NCBI GenBank assembly: GCA_024137785.1
Contig: JAHRHZ010000144.1
Span: 19,792,482 to 19,856,481, forward strand
Direction of reading: 5' to 3'
Length of the DNA: 64,000 nt
From: Ginglymostoma cirratum
Lineage: Eukaryota
Position numbers and translations under genes: made by a program. The notes under the pieces were generated by a model. The model was given only the letters and a program-made list of their open reading frames with translations, did not search any database and was not told the origin of the DNA. This document shows, one piece after another, positions 52,780-64,000 of this stretch (the first letter of the stretch is position 1; every line of letters starts with the position of its first letter).

Positions 52780-53350
52780 CAGAAATGGGGAAGGGGGAGG
52801 GAGGAGAAAGAGCTGGGAAATAAAAAGAGAGAGGAGGGGTGGGGCTGGGGAAGGTAGGCAGGATGGTGACAGGTGAGTGCAGGTAGGGAGTGGTGGGGAT
52901 TGGTCAGTGAGGTGGGAGAGATGATGGACAGGTTGTGTCATCAGGTCAAGGAGGCGGGGATGAGAGGGAGGGTTGGTCCTGGGATGAGGCCGGGGGTGGG
53001 GTGATTTGGTCATGGGATGACCATGGAATCTCCCCATCCCCAGCCTCATCCCATGACCAACCCTCCCTCTCATCCCCGCCTCCTTGATCTGACACAACCT
53101 GTCCATTTTCTCTCCCACCTATCCGCTCCTCCCACCTCACTGACCAATCCCCAGCACTCCCTACCTGCACTCCCCTGTCACCATCACACCCACCTTCCCC
53201 AGCCCCACTCCTCCTCTCTCGATTTATTTCCCAGCTCCCCCCACCCCAACCCCATTTCTGAAGAAGGGTCCCCACCCGAAACGTCAACTTTCCTGCTCCT
53301 CTGATGGTGCCTGGCCTGCTGTGCTTCTCCAGCTCCACACTGTTATATCG
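52780..53350. mobile_element. PLE-derived fold-back element (about 230-bp inverted arms) with hammerhead motif
   Basis: Purine-rich arm 52780-53007 is the reverse complement of the pyrimidine-rich arm 53027-53260, followed by CTGAAGA-a-GGG tcccca CCC-GAAA-CGTC. Confidence 0.8.
53254..53289 (+). ncRNA. Minimal type-I hammerhead ribozyme motif
   Basis: CTGAAGA 53258-53264, stem II GGG/CCC, GAAA 53278-53281, CGTC; predicted cleavage after 53285. Confidence 0.55.
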
Positions 53351-55163
53351 ATTACAAGTTGTACTCCTGCACTCTTTCCAAAGTGGCATCCATCTGATCC
53401 CCAGAAAAAGTAAATAATATTTTCTTAGGGTTGATGAACAGCCCTTCATTCAGTAAATTTCATAATCCATCAGCATAGCACTTTCACCATTTGGCAAATA
53501 TCTTCAAGATGACCATATGCTCTACTTCGTGCTGCATTACGTGAGGTTTGGTTGCTAAACTGAATGATGGTATGGATCAGATGCTGGAGGCAGTCTTGAC
53601 TTGACTGAAGCAAGGTAATTTGAGAGTGATACACTGAATGTCAGTATTGTCAAAACAACACCGATTTATTCACAAATACTGCTTTGTTATAAATGCAAGT
53701 AGAAATTCTATAAGAAAATTTACGCTTGAAAAATTTCACTGAGACGATTGTCAAAGCTACGGAAAAGATGCTTGACCAGCCTGACTAGCCACCACAATCC
53801 AAATATCTGATCTGATAAGCTTCCATTACCGGACTAGACCGCACCCACCCTTGACACAGTTATCCACTCACCCATTTATATACCTCACATGCGTGCCATC
53901 CTATCCACCTGACACCTTGCTTCACCCTCCCTACATTCATACGTACACTCATCTGTTCTCTGACATTCACGCTGGACCATTAAGTTAATGGCTGGGGCTG
54001 TTACAAGGAAACATCCGATGTTACATCCACCCCCAACACCCCAAAAGAAACTACAGCATTGCAATAGAGCACTTTGGTGAATACTGTGTAACAAATTTCT
54101 GGAGCAGTCAAGCGTAGATCTAGCAAGAATACACAGCCAAAGTTGAAAAGAGTAAAGGTTGGAGTGGAGCAGTAATCCAGTGACTACTGCTTCACAGAAT
54201 ATCCTAGTCAAAATCTTTTAAAAGATGACAGCAAGAATTGTTACAAAGGACAGAAAAGAACACAAAAGAAGAAAAAGATTGTATCTATACTCGAGCAAGG
54301 GAAAGATTCCAGATCAATAAATGGTTCCCTTTTTTGGATGATTGCAAATTTTAATCCGAAGGACAGATATTCATTGAACGAATAAGAAAGAGTTACCTTC
54401 ATTACACCAATTACTACAAGAAACTACAGACAGTATCCTTCCAAATAATGACTTTCATACGAAAAATCTGCAAATATGTCGACTATCCATTATGTGAGTT
54501 ACAAACAGAGAAAACAAGTATCACTCAATTGTTTTACTGCCACTAAATTTAAAAATACAAATTAGCAAATGTCTCATGGATAAAGTCAGAATAATGAGTG
54601 GTACTTTGCACATGACAGACTTCAACAGCTGTTTTCCCTTCACGTGTCTCAATCAAAACTTTTGCATCATGAAACATTTTTCTGAAGTCTTAAAAAAAAC
54701 TGCAATTAATTTGGCACAGTTTTCACTGTTCTTAAATACCACAAAGCATCCTGCAAAAGCTTTCCATAAAATGTCTGAAGACGGATGGTAAATACAAGGA
54801 CTATCAATGCCAGACAGAATGGAAACTTTACCCATTCTCTTCAATCAATTGTGAACATCAATATTTCAAAACTAAGAATAACGCAGGCCACAGGTGAGTA
54901 AAATTCTGATCAAATAATATACCTTAACCAAAAATGTGATGCCTATTGCATCAGTGTTTTTAGTCCTTAAATCATTCAGGATATTAGTCAAAACAAGATT
55001 GTCATTAATTTCCAACTTGTGCTGTGGACCTCCATGCTAGGAATTGTTCTACATTATAAATATATAGTTCTCTTGTAGCAACTTCTATCTGTCTCCCTCA
55101 GACAGAAACCTACATCTTGTGTGAAGGGACAGTTCAAATGTAAAATGCCTTATATATATATAC

Positions 55164-55371
55164 CTCTGCCACACGAGATCTTCTTCCAAAAATATATTTT
55201 TGATGACTTTTCTTCCACTTACAGGAGTTCTAGGTTCGACTGGATCCGATATGGATACAGAATACATTGAGTCAGTCAAAACATTTAGATCTTCACCGAT
55301 GGAACTGCTGTCTGTGGAATGTGCATAGTTCAAAGCTATTTTACGACAGTAAGTGCAAGCTCGAAGATCAC
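55164..55371 (-). CDS. PIKFYVE: PIKFYVE exon, end of FYVE (GDLRACTYCRKIALNYAHS...EEDLVWQ)
   Basis: Acceptor ttttcag, donor AG|GTATAT; 208 nt, phase 1-2. Confidence 0.95.
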
Positions 55372-56339
55372 CTGAAAAGAAAAAAATGACTATTTTAGAA
55401 TAGTATGCATTTCATCGAAACATTTGGAAACTTATTAGAGCAAAAGAGCAACTCAAAAAGTATTAAAGACAAGCTACAGGCATTCATTATCAAAGTTTGC
55501 AAGCTAGTTTGACCTTTTTTATGTATCAACATACATTTCTGAAAGAAGTGTTATTATTAACTGTGCCAAACACAGGAAAAATGTTTCACTTTGTGGGGAA
55601 AATTGGTCCACCCACAAGGTAAAATTAATGACTACATTTCATGAACTACATTTCACATGCAAGTGCTGTAGAATATGGATAAAATCAGTAGCACTTTTGC
55701 ATCACCTGCTGCAGCAGTAAATTGCACATTTAATATCTGTAACTTTGTCAACATCAATTGTTACTGATAACTTGAGAGACTAGATTTATACAACTTTTAT
55801 ATTTACCACTATATTGGTGTACGTTACAAGCCCATGATTTATTGCCTGAGAAGCTGATTTTTTCTACACATTTCATGCAGACATCGTTTTATTTTAAGAA
55901 GAGGAGATCAAACCACGCTGTGATTACTTAGGGCAATTACGACAATTCACTCGTTAAATGTATGAGTATCTAGATTTTTCATTCTCCAATTCTAGCAGCA
56001 AACTCCCAATCAACAGATTGATGTGTACCACATGATCTACAGCGATACTTTCAAGAATGAATAAAGAGAACTTGGTTCAATTTAAAACGAAAGTTGCAAC
56101 ATTCACAGAGAAGATTAATAAATGATACATCAGCCAGCAAGTTTAATGTTTTTAACAAAATAATGAAAGACAGAAGGAAGATATCTAATAAACTAAAAAT
56201 GTATAGAAAAAATAAATGCAGCAGCAGAGAAATTCTGAGTAAATGGCCTCGGCTACAGAATACGCAGAATAGGTTAACAAGCATTGTAACAAGATTAGTA
56301 ATATTAATGCCTCCAATATCAACTCATTCAATGCACTCA

Positions 56340-56675
56340 GAGAATCATGGAATCCTTACAGTGCAGATAGAGGCCTATTGGCATCACACCCGGACCAACA
56401 TCCCCATCCTATTCCCATAACCCTGCATTTCCTGCGGCTAACCCATCTGGTCTGCACAACCCAGGGTATTACGGGGCAATTTAATACGACAAATTCATGT
56501 AACCTGGGCATGTTTGGACTGTGGGAGAAAACTGGACTTCCCGGTGGAATCTCACGCAGACTCACTGAGAAACTCACTGCAAACTCCACACAGACAGACA
56601 CCCAAGGCTGGAATCAAACCAGTGTCACTAGTGCTGTGTGGCAGCAGGGATAAACAGGGAACCACCATGCAGCCC
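56340..56675 (-). mobile_element. HE1-type tRNA SINE
   Basis: agaatcatggaatcc tail; ttggactgtgggagaaaactgga core. Confidence 0.82.
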
Positions 56676-56821
56676 CAGAGAAGCGAAAATAGATGATATT
56701 TCAAAATTTAAGGTTGGTGCACATACAAAAGGTAGACTGACTACTCCACCAGAAAACCAAAACTTCACAGCGCCTGCCCCCCACCTCCACGAAGTAAAAC
56801 CTTCACCATTTTCTCATCCAA

Positions 56822-57106
56822 GGGTGGCACAGTGGCTAGCACAGCTGCTTCATAGCACCAGGGACCTGGGTGTAATTCCACCCTTGGGCAACCGTGTGTG
56901 GAGTTTGCACATTCTCCCCGCGTCTGCATGGGTTTGCTCCCACAGTCCAAAGATGTGCAGGCTAGGTGGATTGGCCATGCCAAATTGCCCATAGTGTTCA
57001 GGGATGTGTAGATTAGGTAATGGGTCTGGATGGGATGCTCTGAGGGTCGGTGTGGACTTGTTGGGTTGAAGGGTCTGTTTCCACACTGTAGGGATTCTAT
57101 GATTCT
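56822..57106 (+). mobile_element. HE1-type tRNA SINE
   Basis: gtggcacagtggctagcac...; cccacagtccaaagatgtgcagg core; gggattctatgattct tail. Confidence 0.85.
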
Positions 57107-58479
57107 TCTAACTTGAAGGGAAGAACTTTCATTGACTGACTTTCATTAAAAATGTGACTTAAACATTGATCAACCTCAACATGCCAGAAAACAAGGCCGT
57201 TACCAAATTTATTGAAAGGAAAACATCCTTTAAAAGACAACTGGCCACAAGAAGATGTAGGATACAGTAGTTCTATTTTGACAGATGATACAAACGTAAA
57301 GCCACGGTGATATTCAGGAGCTAGGTTGACGCTTAAAAAAAAAATTTCAAAGTCACTGCTGTCCACATTCACGAAAAAAGGGCTGGATTGATGAAAGTAG
57401 ATACAGGGAATGGATCAAAGAATCATGAAATTTGACGCCAGGCAGATTATGCAAAGAAAAGATTTTATTAATCTGGCATACACTCAAATCTCACCTGGTC
57501 GATGATGCATTGAATGATGGAAAATCAACCAATACTGATGTAGCAGTTTTTCCAACAACCTTTTGTTGCTTACCCCTGGAACATACTTATAAAATGAGTT
57601 TCTCAAGGACTTACCTCAAGAGCTGAGAAACAATTGGATGTTCACAGGTATAGAAACATAGAAAGACTGGAAATAAGACACTGACAAACAAAATGGTTTT
57701 AGATCCATAGATGTATGGAATGAATTTGATCCAGATAGTCCACATTTCAGATTTTTTTTTTGACTATCAAATGCATACGATGGTATCAAGATTTGTGAAA
57801 TGAGGATGCTGAAGTTACTGCACTATTGTCATAGTGACACAGGAACCCTTATGTACTTATAGACATGCTGAACTTTTAAGTATGTGCTCTTTCAAAATAA
57901 AAAAAAGAGACACAACCAAATGATGACTGCAGATGTAAATATAGTGAACTCTGGAGAGAGAGAAATCCCAGGCTATCACACCTGACTAGACATCAGTGAA
58001 GCTTCAAACAGAAGGACATAAATGATGAGAAATACACTACAAGCTGAAATATAACCTCGAGGGAATCATCTGCAATTGTGAATATGTTGGGGAACAGATG
58101 AATGTCAGGACAACAGACATGTTTTATGTTTTCTCTTTCAAGAAAACATAACAACAGGGATGAAAAATCAGTTCAATCTGTGTTGGTGTGTGCAAGTGAG
58201 CTGAGGTGCTAGTATTCCAATGGGTTGAAGTCCTTGTGAGTACTAGCCTAGGTTCAACAGCTAGTGTGTTACAAAACCAACACAAGTCGTAAGTAAAGGA
58301 CTCTCTCACGCTGAGTGCTACAAGTCTGCTTAGTAAAGGTGAGGAGACAGTTCCCAGTTCATTACTTTTCACCTGGAAGCTTGACAATTTGAAATCAGGA
58401 ACCATAGTAACTTGAGAAGTACTGTTCAGGGTCTGGTCATAACACAACTAATGATGAGGAAGGTAAGGAAAATCCACAC

Positions 58480-59250
58480 GTTATATAATCAGGGCATAGG
58501 GATGAATTATTTGGTGATTCTGATAGGGATTTTGATGTGATTTTGAACGCTAAGGGTTGCTAAGCTTTGAAATGCAGAGGGATCTGGGTATCCCAGTGCA
58601 GAAATCACAGAGTTATTATGAAAAGACAGCAAGCAATTGGGAAAGCAAACATAATTTTATAGACTGTTCCAAGGAGAATTGAATACACAAAAGTAGGTGG
58701 TTACATTTCAGTTATACATGACATTGGTGAGACCACAGCTGGAACAGTGTGTACAGTACTGGTCTGTTTCAGGAGGAACGTAAATGCATTGGAAGCAGTT
58801 CAGAGATTTACTAGACTAATAACTAGAATGGTCAGTTTTTCTCATTAGACAAGCAGGACAGGTTGGACCTGCATCCACTGACATTTAGAAAAGCAAAATT
58901 AACTTGATGGAAACATACGAGATCCTGAGGGGCCTTATCAGACTGCATGTGGAAAGGAAGTTTCCTTTCGTGGGAGAAGCTACAACTAAAGGTCACCCAT
59001 TTAAGATAGTGAAGTGTCTTCTCAGAAAGGCATGAGAATTGAAACTCTCTTTTTCAAAAAGGCAGTAGAAACTGAAGCCTTAAAATATTTTTAAAGCAGA
59101 GGTAGATAGATTTTGATAATGAAGTGGTGAAAGGTTATCGGGGATAGACAGAAGAAGTGTGGAGTAATCAGATCAGCCACAATCTTATTGAATAGTGCAG
59201 CAGGCTCAAAAGGCCGAGTGGCTACTCCTGCACCTAATTCATATGTATGA
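58480..59250 (+). mobile_element. CR1-type LINE 3' fragment
   Basis: cagagggatctgggt (QRDLG) and ttggtgagaccacagctggaa (LVRPQLE) remnants. Confidence 0.72.
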
Positions 59251-59713
59251 AGAATTTCAAGGCGAAGTATTGTGGTTGATTCAGTATAGTATATATTAAT
59301 ATTATGTTAGATGAAATGTATGTAGGTTACATTTTTAAATAAACAGTATTGTTTGTTTTAATCTGTTCCATTGTAACAATTCTGCACAGACAGGAATTGT
59401 TCAAAAGTGTTACTGCACAAAAGAATCAATATTATGACCTGGCCTAAAAGACTGGTTTAAAATTGAAATCAACTTCCTCCAAGTATATATGACAAATAAT
59501 GTAAGATAGTAAGATACAGTAAGACAACTCAACCTAACTTATGTCATCAATAAATCTTGCAATCACTGTTTTCTTTTTAAACGTTTTAATCATACTGCAT
59601 AATTTCTTTCTCCATAAAGATGAAAAGCATATTCATGACTGATGGTTATATTTATTTAGTCCACCATAATGTACGCAAAACTAATCACTTGCCCTCTTCC
59701 AGTTGTTCAAATT

Positions 59714-59738
59714 AATCAATCAATCAATCAATCAATCA
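59714..59738 (+). repeat. (AATC)n microsatellite
   Basis: aatcaatcaatcaatcaatcaatc. Confidence 0.9.
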
Positions 59739-59794
59739 TCGGCACATACTAAGAAGAAAAGTTCACCTCAAAATTGACTTTCCTATTTACGTAC

Positions 59795-59966
59795 CAGCAT
59801 AACCCATGAACTTCCCAGGTATTTCTTGATTGCAACAACGACTGCAAAAGATCTGTCCACACAAACGGCAATGATGTCGACGTCTGAAGGTGGTAAACTT
59901 CTCATTACAATCATAACACTCTTTACACTGACTATCTGGCATCCAGTATTGCTTCAGATCAGTATC
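59795..59966 (-). CDS. PIKFYVE: PIKFYVE exon, FYVE zinc finger (DTDLKQYWMPDSQCKEC...RRHHCRLCGQIFCSRCC...MGYA)
   Basis: Acceptor aaaacag, donor G|GTACGT; 172 nt, phase 0-1; WxxD and RRHHCR FYVE motifs. Confidence 0.97.
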
Positions 59967-60088
59967 CTGTTTTGCAAAACCAGGAAACAATCCAGGAATC
60001 AATGATTTTGAACTATTAGAACTTATGTGCATGCATTACAAATAAACACATCTTGCTGTATTCTGTTACAAGTAAAGCTTTTTCATGA

Positions 60089-60992
60089 CTTGCTCGCCGA
60101 GCTGGTTGGTTGTGGTTTAGACGTTTCATCATCGTGCTAGATAACATCATCACTGCAGCCTCCGCTGAAGCAATGCAGTTCTACTCCGCTTAGTATTTAT
60201 ATGATCCGGTGTGTTGAACTGTTTCGTGTCATTTTGGTTCTTTTTTGCAAGGTTTTGTATGAGGTCTAATTCCATATGTTTATTGCTTGCATTACGGGTG
60301 GAGAACCGGGTCTTTAGGAATTCCCCATGTGTGTCTATGGTTGACTTGAGTTAGGATGGTCACTTAGTCCCAGTTAAATTGATGGCCTTCATTGTGCGAG
60401 TGTACTGAAATGAGGGAAAGGTCGTCATGTCATTTTGCTGCTAGCTGGTGTTCGTGTATCTCGATGGCTAGTTTCCTTCCTGTCTGGAGGATGTAATATT
60501 TTTGGCAGTCCTTGCACAGTAATTTGTACAGTACGTTGGTCCTGCATGTTGTGGGTATGGAGTCTTTGGTTCTGGTGAGTGTTCGTCTAACACCAGCCAT
60601 GAGCAAAACGACACAACAAGCTTTCCCTCATTTCAGTACACTCAGACAATGAAGGCTATCAATTTAACCGGGACGATGTGACCATCCTAGCTCAAGCCAA
60701 CCACAGACACACATGGGAATTCCTGGAGGCCTGGTTCTCCACCTGTAATAAAGTCAATAAACATGGGGAATTAGACCCCATATACAAACCCTTGCAAAAA
60801 AGAACCGGAAAAGACAAAACACCTCAACTGACCGGATCGTATAAATGAGTAGAACTACATCGCTTCATCGGAGGCCGCACTGATGCTGATACCCAGCATG
60901 GTAACAAAACACCTGAACTACAACCAGCCAGCTCAGCAAGCAAATCAACAAGCTCATCCACAACCCGAGCTACAAATCTTCACAAGAACCTT
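60089..60992. mobile_element. Penelope-like element remnant with inverted 3' ends (pLTR-like), GIY-YIG fragment and 14-bp TSD
   Basis: Minus-strand peptide TNVLYKLLCKDCQKYYILQTGRKLAIEIHEHQ (60421-60540); arms 60089-60439 and 60602-60943; TSD aagctttttcatga at 60075-60088 and 60993-61006. Confidence 0.85.
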
Positions 60993-62002
60993 AAGCTTTT
61001 TCATGATTTCAGTTCCTCCTTATTTGGTACCTTGATATGCAACTTTGTTATAACGAGAACTTAAACTGTTCAGCATTACAATCTGAGCAAGAATGAAGGA
61101 CTGACAGAAATCAAATTTTTGCAGTTACTGTAACACATGCATCATCACTCTTGTACAGGACTATGGCACAAGGTGGTGACAGTTCATGTAATAAAAATTG
61201 TCCCATTTTCCCCCCAAACTCCAATCGTTTATTGTTTTTCTCGGAGTTCTTCTGGTCAGTGATTTGGCTCTTCACTTCCTTAACTTTCCATTTCCTATCT
61301 GTTGAGAGGTCGTGTCAGTCATTCTCACAATTAGACCATTGGAAGTCCACCTTCTCTTGAGGGCAGTTATCAGCAAAAATGCTATTTCTCCTTTCTGAAA
61401 TACATTTCAAAGACATCAAACCTATCCATCAATGGCCACCTTAAATCTGTTGGGGGCAGTTGTATGAAAAATACACTCGGGGAAAGATAGAAATGCATTG
61501 TCCTAACACTTGTTACAATAACTTCTGTTCCCTTTTCTTGAAAAGTTTTGCAATGAATCCTTTTATCCAAGCATTTGGCATTGCCCACACAATTGAAAAA
61601 ACATAAGATGACAAACAAGTTCTCTTTTCCAATTTCTTTGCAGAATTCTACATAAATGTGCATCTTTCTGAGTGACTGCCTGCTCTTCAAAGGTAGGAAC
61701 AGTGCATCGCAGATATTCAAAGCAATCAGATATTGTACTTGTTAATGAAATCCCATTGGCCATCTCTGCTCTTTATACCTTCAAGTTTGGCAACAAACCT
61801 GTTGCCCAAGTATTAGCACATTTTCTGTTTTTATGTTTGATGCAATCTTTTCTATGAGGATAAAGTACTCTTGGAAGGTTCTATACAATTGTTTAGTGGG
61901 TGGCCATTTATTCTAGTCCTTCCTGCCTTCCGAGCCTGTTTTCCCTTTCTAGTTTTATGTGCTGCAGGTTAACAATTTAACTCTGTTTACTGTGTACTGT
62001 AC

Positions 62003-62121
62003 CTGGCTTCTTCCCTCCATTATTTCTTTCAAGCGCTTTAGAACTGTTGTAAGGCTCCTCAGTTGTACTGCTGTTCGAGGATCATGGCTTCCCATTGACA
62101 CGTCTGGTTTTCTTGGACCAT
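62003..62121 (-). CDS. PIKFYVE: PIKFYVE exon (pre-FYVE; DGPRKPDV...RLKEIMEGRSQ)
   Basis: Acceptor ttattag, donor CAG|GTACAG; 119 nt, phase 1-0; HDPRTAVQLRSL motif. Confidence 0.93.
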
Positions 62122-62159
62122 CTAATAAGTCAAACACAAGCTTAAACATCAAACTAATT

Positions 62160-63115
62160 CATAGGGTTACATCAGGTACACAGCACAGAAACAAGCTATT
62201 CAGTTCAACCTGTCCATGCGAGCATTTCTGCTTCTCCCTTACTTCATCTAAATTTAAGATAACCCTCTATTCCTTTCTTCCACATGTGCTCAACTTCCCC
62301 TTAGATGCATTGATAATATCCACTTCAACCATTCCCTGTGGTAGTGCGTGGTTCCATATTCTCATGATTCTGCATTAAGAATTTTCTTCGAGTCCTCTAT
62401 TGAATTTCTTGGCCATTATCTTGTATTGATTGCCTCTAGTTAGGCTCTTCTCTACAAAAGCAAACTTTCTCTTTGTATCCATTATCAAAATTTTCATTAT
62501 TTTAGACCACTATTAAGTCACCACATAGCTTTCATTTTCAAGAGAAGAGAGACCCATTCCTTTCCTGACTTACCCACATATTCCTGGCATCATCACTGCG
62601 AACGTTCTCTGTACCTGTCCAGCATCATTTTCATAACATGGCAAGTAGAACTGCAGGCAGTACTCAACGCATTGAACTAAGGTTTGATATTTGAGGTTAG
62701 CATAACTTCCTTACTATTTTTAAAATTCTATCCCCCTTGATAGAAAGCTTATTGCTTAATGTCCTTTTATTTTTAAATGATATTGCCTGTGGCACAACTT
62801 TTAGTGATTGATTTAGTATGTGCACTCAAGAGATCCCTTGACAGTCTATCTCCACCTAGATTCGTATCTTCCAAGTAACAAGTAGCCTCCGTAAATTATC
62901 AAAAGTGCCAGTTCAATTTTGTGTGTTCAGCTTCACTTGCCAATTATTTGCCCATTCTGTAAGATTATTAATGTTCTTTTGTAATTTATTACAGTCCTCC
63001 TCAGTATAATACACAAATATAGAAAATTATTTTGATTCCAAATCATTAATGTCAACTGTGACCAGTAGCAGTATCAGCACTGACCCTTGTGGAATACCAC
63101 TTGCCATGTTCTGCC
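62160..63115 (-). mobile_element. Decayed CR1-type LINE 3' fragment
   Basis: cagcactgacccttgtggaatacc (GIPQGSVL on the minus strand) and a CR1-like 3' region. Confidence 0.65.
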
Positions 63116-63572
63116 CCGCCTAATTATCTTGTTTATCATGGTAAATGGGAGCTAAATAAATCTGTAAATTCATTGTTAACATACTAAAAAGCTTAATAAC
63201 TTTAGACCACTTACTACCACAAAAGCTAATGGATAACTCTAACCATTTCAATTTCACTGGGCAAATGAGTAGGAAAGACACCCTTTATACATCCTTACTG
63301 TCAACGTACAGCTAAACAGGAAGTACACTTAGTAGAATTTATAAACCATGTGCCAATGCCTAACTGGGAATAAAAAGAGGTGGTATCACTGGAAAGTATA
63401 TTCAAACGATAACATCTCTGTGTGCTGAAAGATATGCACTATGTAAAAACAAAAAATGTTTAAAGGCTGTAATTACTCTTGCATACAGCAATTCCCACCA
63501 CTCAATGTTACCTTGTAAAGGCAAATATAGCAGACTACTAACGGGTATTGCAAGCCCCATGTCGATAAGTAC

Positions 63573-63596
63573 CTTTTACTCCAGGATGCAAGTTTT
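63573..63596 (-). CDS. PIKFYVE: Candidate alternative PIKFYVE microexon (ENLHPGVK; 45-nt form from 63617 reads EGGKIIKENLHPGVK)
   Basis: AG...AAG|GTACTT, phase 1-1, frame-preserving and stop-free, just upstream of the phase-1 exon at 62121; weak polypyrimidine tract. Confidence 0.35.
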
Positions 63597-64000
63597 CTTT
63601 TATTATTTTTCCCCCTTCTAAACTCACAGACAAGTGAAGATTGGATTGACAGTGGGAGGAAAGGTGCACAGCAAGTTGAGCAGATACATGCATTTGGGAA
63701 AGGTGAGAATTTACTGCATCTCTAAAGTACAAATTGAGAGATCAACAATGTAAATATCCTTTTCTGCATCTTATTCAGTTACAATTTTGTCAGTTTTTCC
63801 CCAACTCACGTGTGTTCCTTCACAAGTAATTTCCTTAATTTCCTGATAATTTATTTTATTTTAATACGCTTTGTTGAATTCTGTACTTTTATCATTATTG
63901 CATGTTACGGTATGGTTATCCATTAAAACGTGTCATTGCCTTTGCCACAACGCAAGTCTATTATTCGAGGAACTCAGTCTGGTAATTGTGTTTCAGTTAT

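Larger units (their letters stand above)
866..62121 (-). other. PIKFYVE: PIKFYVE gene body (partial; 27 internal coding exons, ATG and kinase domain outside the window)
   Basis: The spliced exons give one continuous 4563-nt frame with FYVE (WMPD...RRHHCRLCG), DEP and CCT-like domains in PIKfyve order. All introns are GT-AG and the phases are compatible. Confidence 0.97.

Noticed and set aside
52747-53449. Overlapping 95-167 aa ORFs
   Set aside because: They are low-complexity translations of the purine/pyrimidine fold-back repeat.
12534-57106. tRNA genes suggested by A/B boxes
   Set aside because: All are SINE heads followed by SINE body and tail, with no complete cloverleaf.
111-63732. Remaining short ORFs in the six-frame track
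   Set aside because: They are antisense shadows of exons, decayed retroelement fragments or chance ORFs, with no coherent second gene.

Overview
Eukaryotic, AT-rich vertebrate genomic DNA. The HE1-type tRNA SINEs and CR1-type LINEs point to a shark (inference). The whole window lies inside one minus-strand gene, PIKFYVE (FAB1 orthologue, PI3P 5-kinase). I traced 27 consecutive GT-AG coding exons (62121 down to 866; 4563 nt, about 1521 codons) with consistent splice phases. They encode the FYVE finger, the DEP domain, the CCT/TCP-1-like domain and the CHK/CCR-like region. The start codon and the C-terminal kinase domain are outside the window. The introns are full of decayed CR1/L2/RTE LINEs, tRNA SINEs and one TA-inserting MITE. 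The most interesting non-obvious signal is a set of Penelope-like (PLE) derived elements carrying minimal type-I hammerhead ribozyme cores (CUGANGA...GAAACGUH). Several are fold-back insertions with 14-16 bp target-site duplications, including one with a GIY-YIG endonuclease remnant about 120 nt from the FYVE exon. There is also a candidate in-frame microexon, an alternative donor or truncation site, and a NAGNAG acceptor. All calls were made by eye without database searches, and repeat boundaries are approximate.
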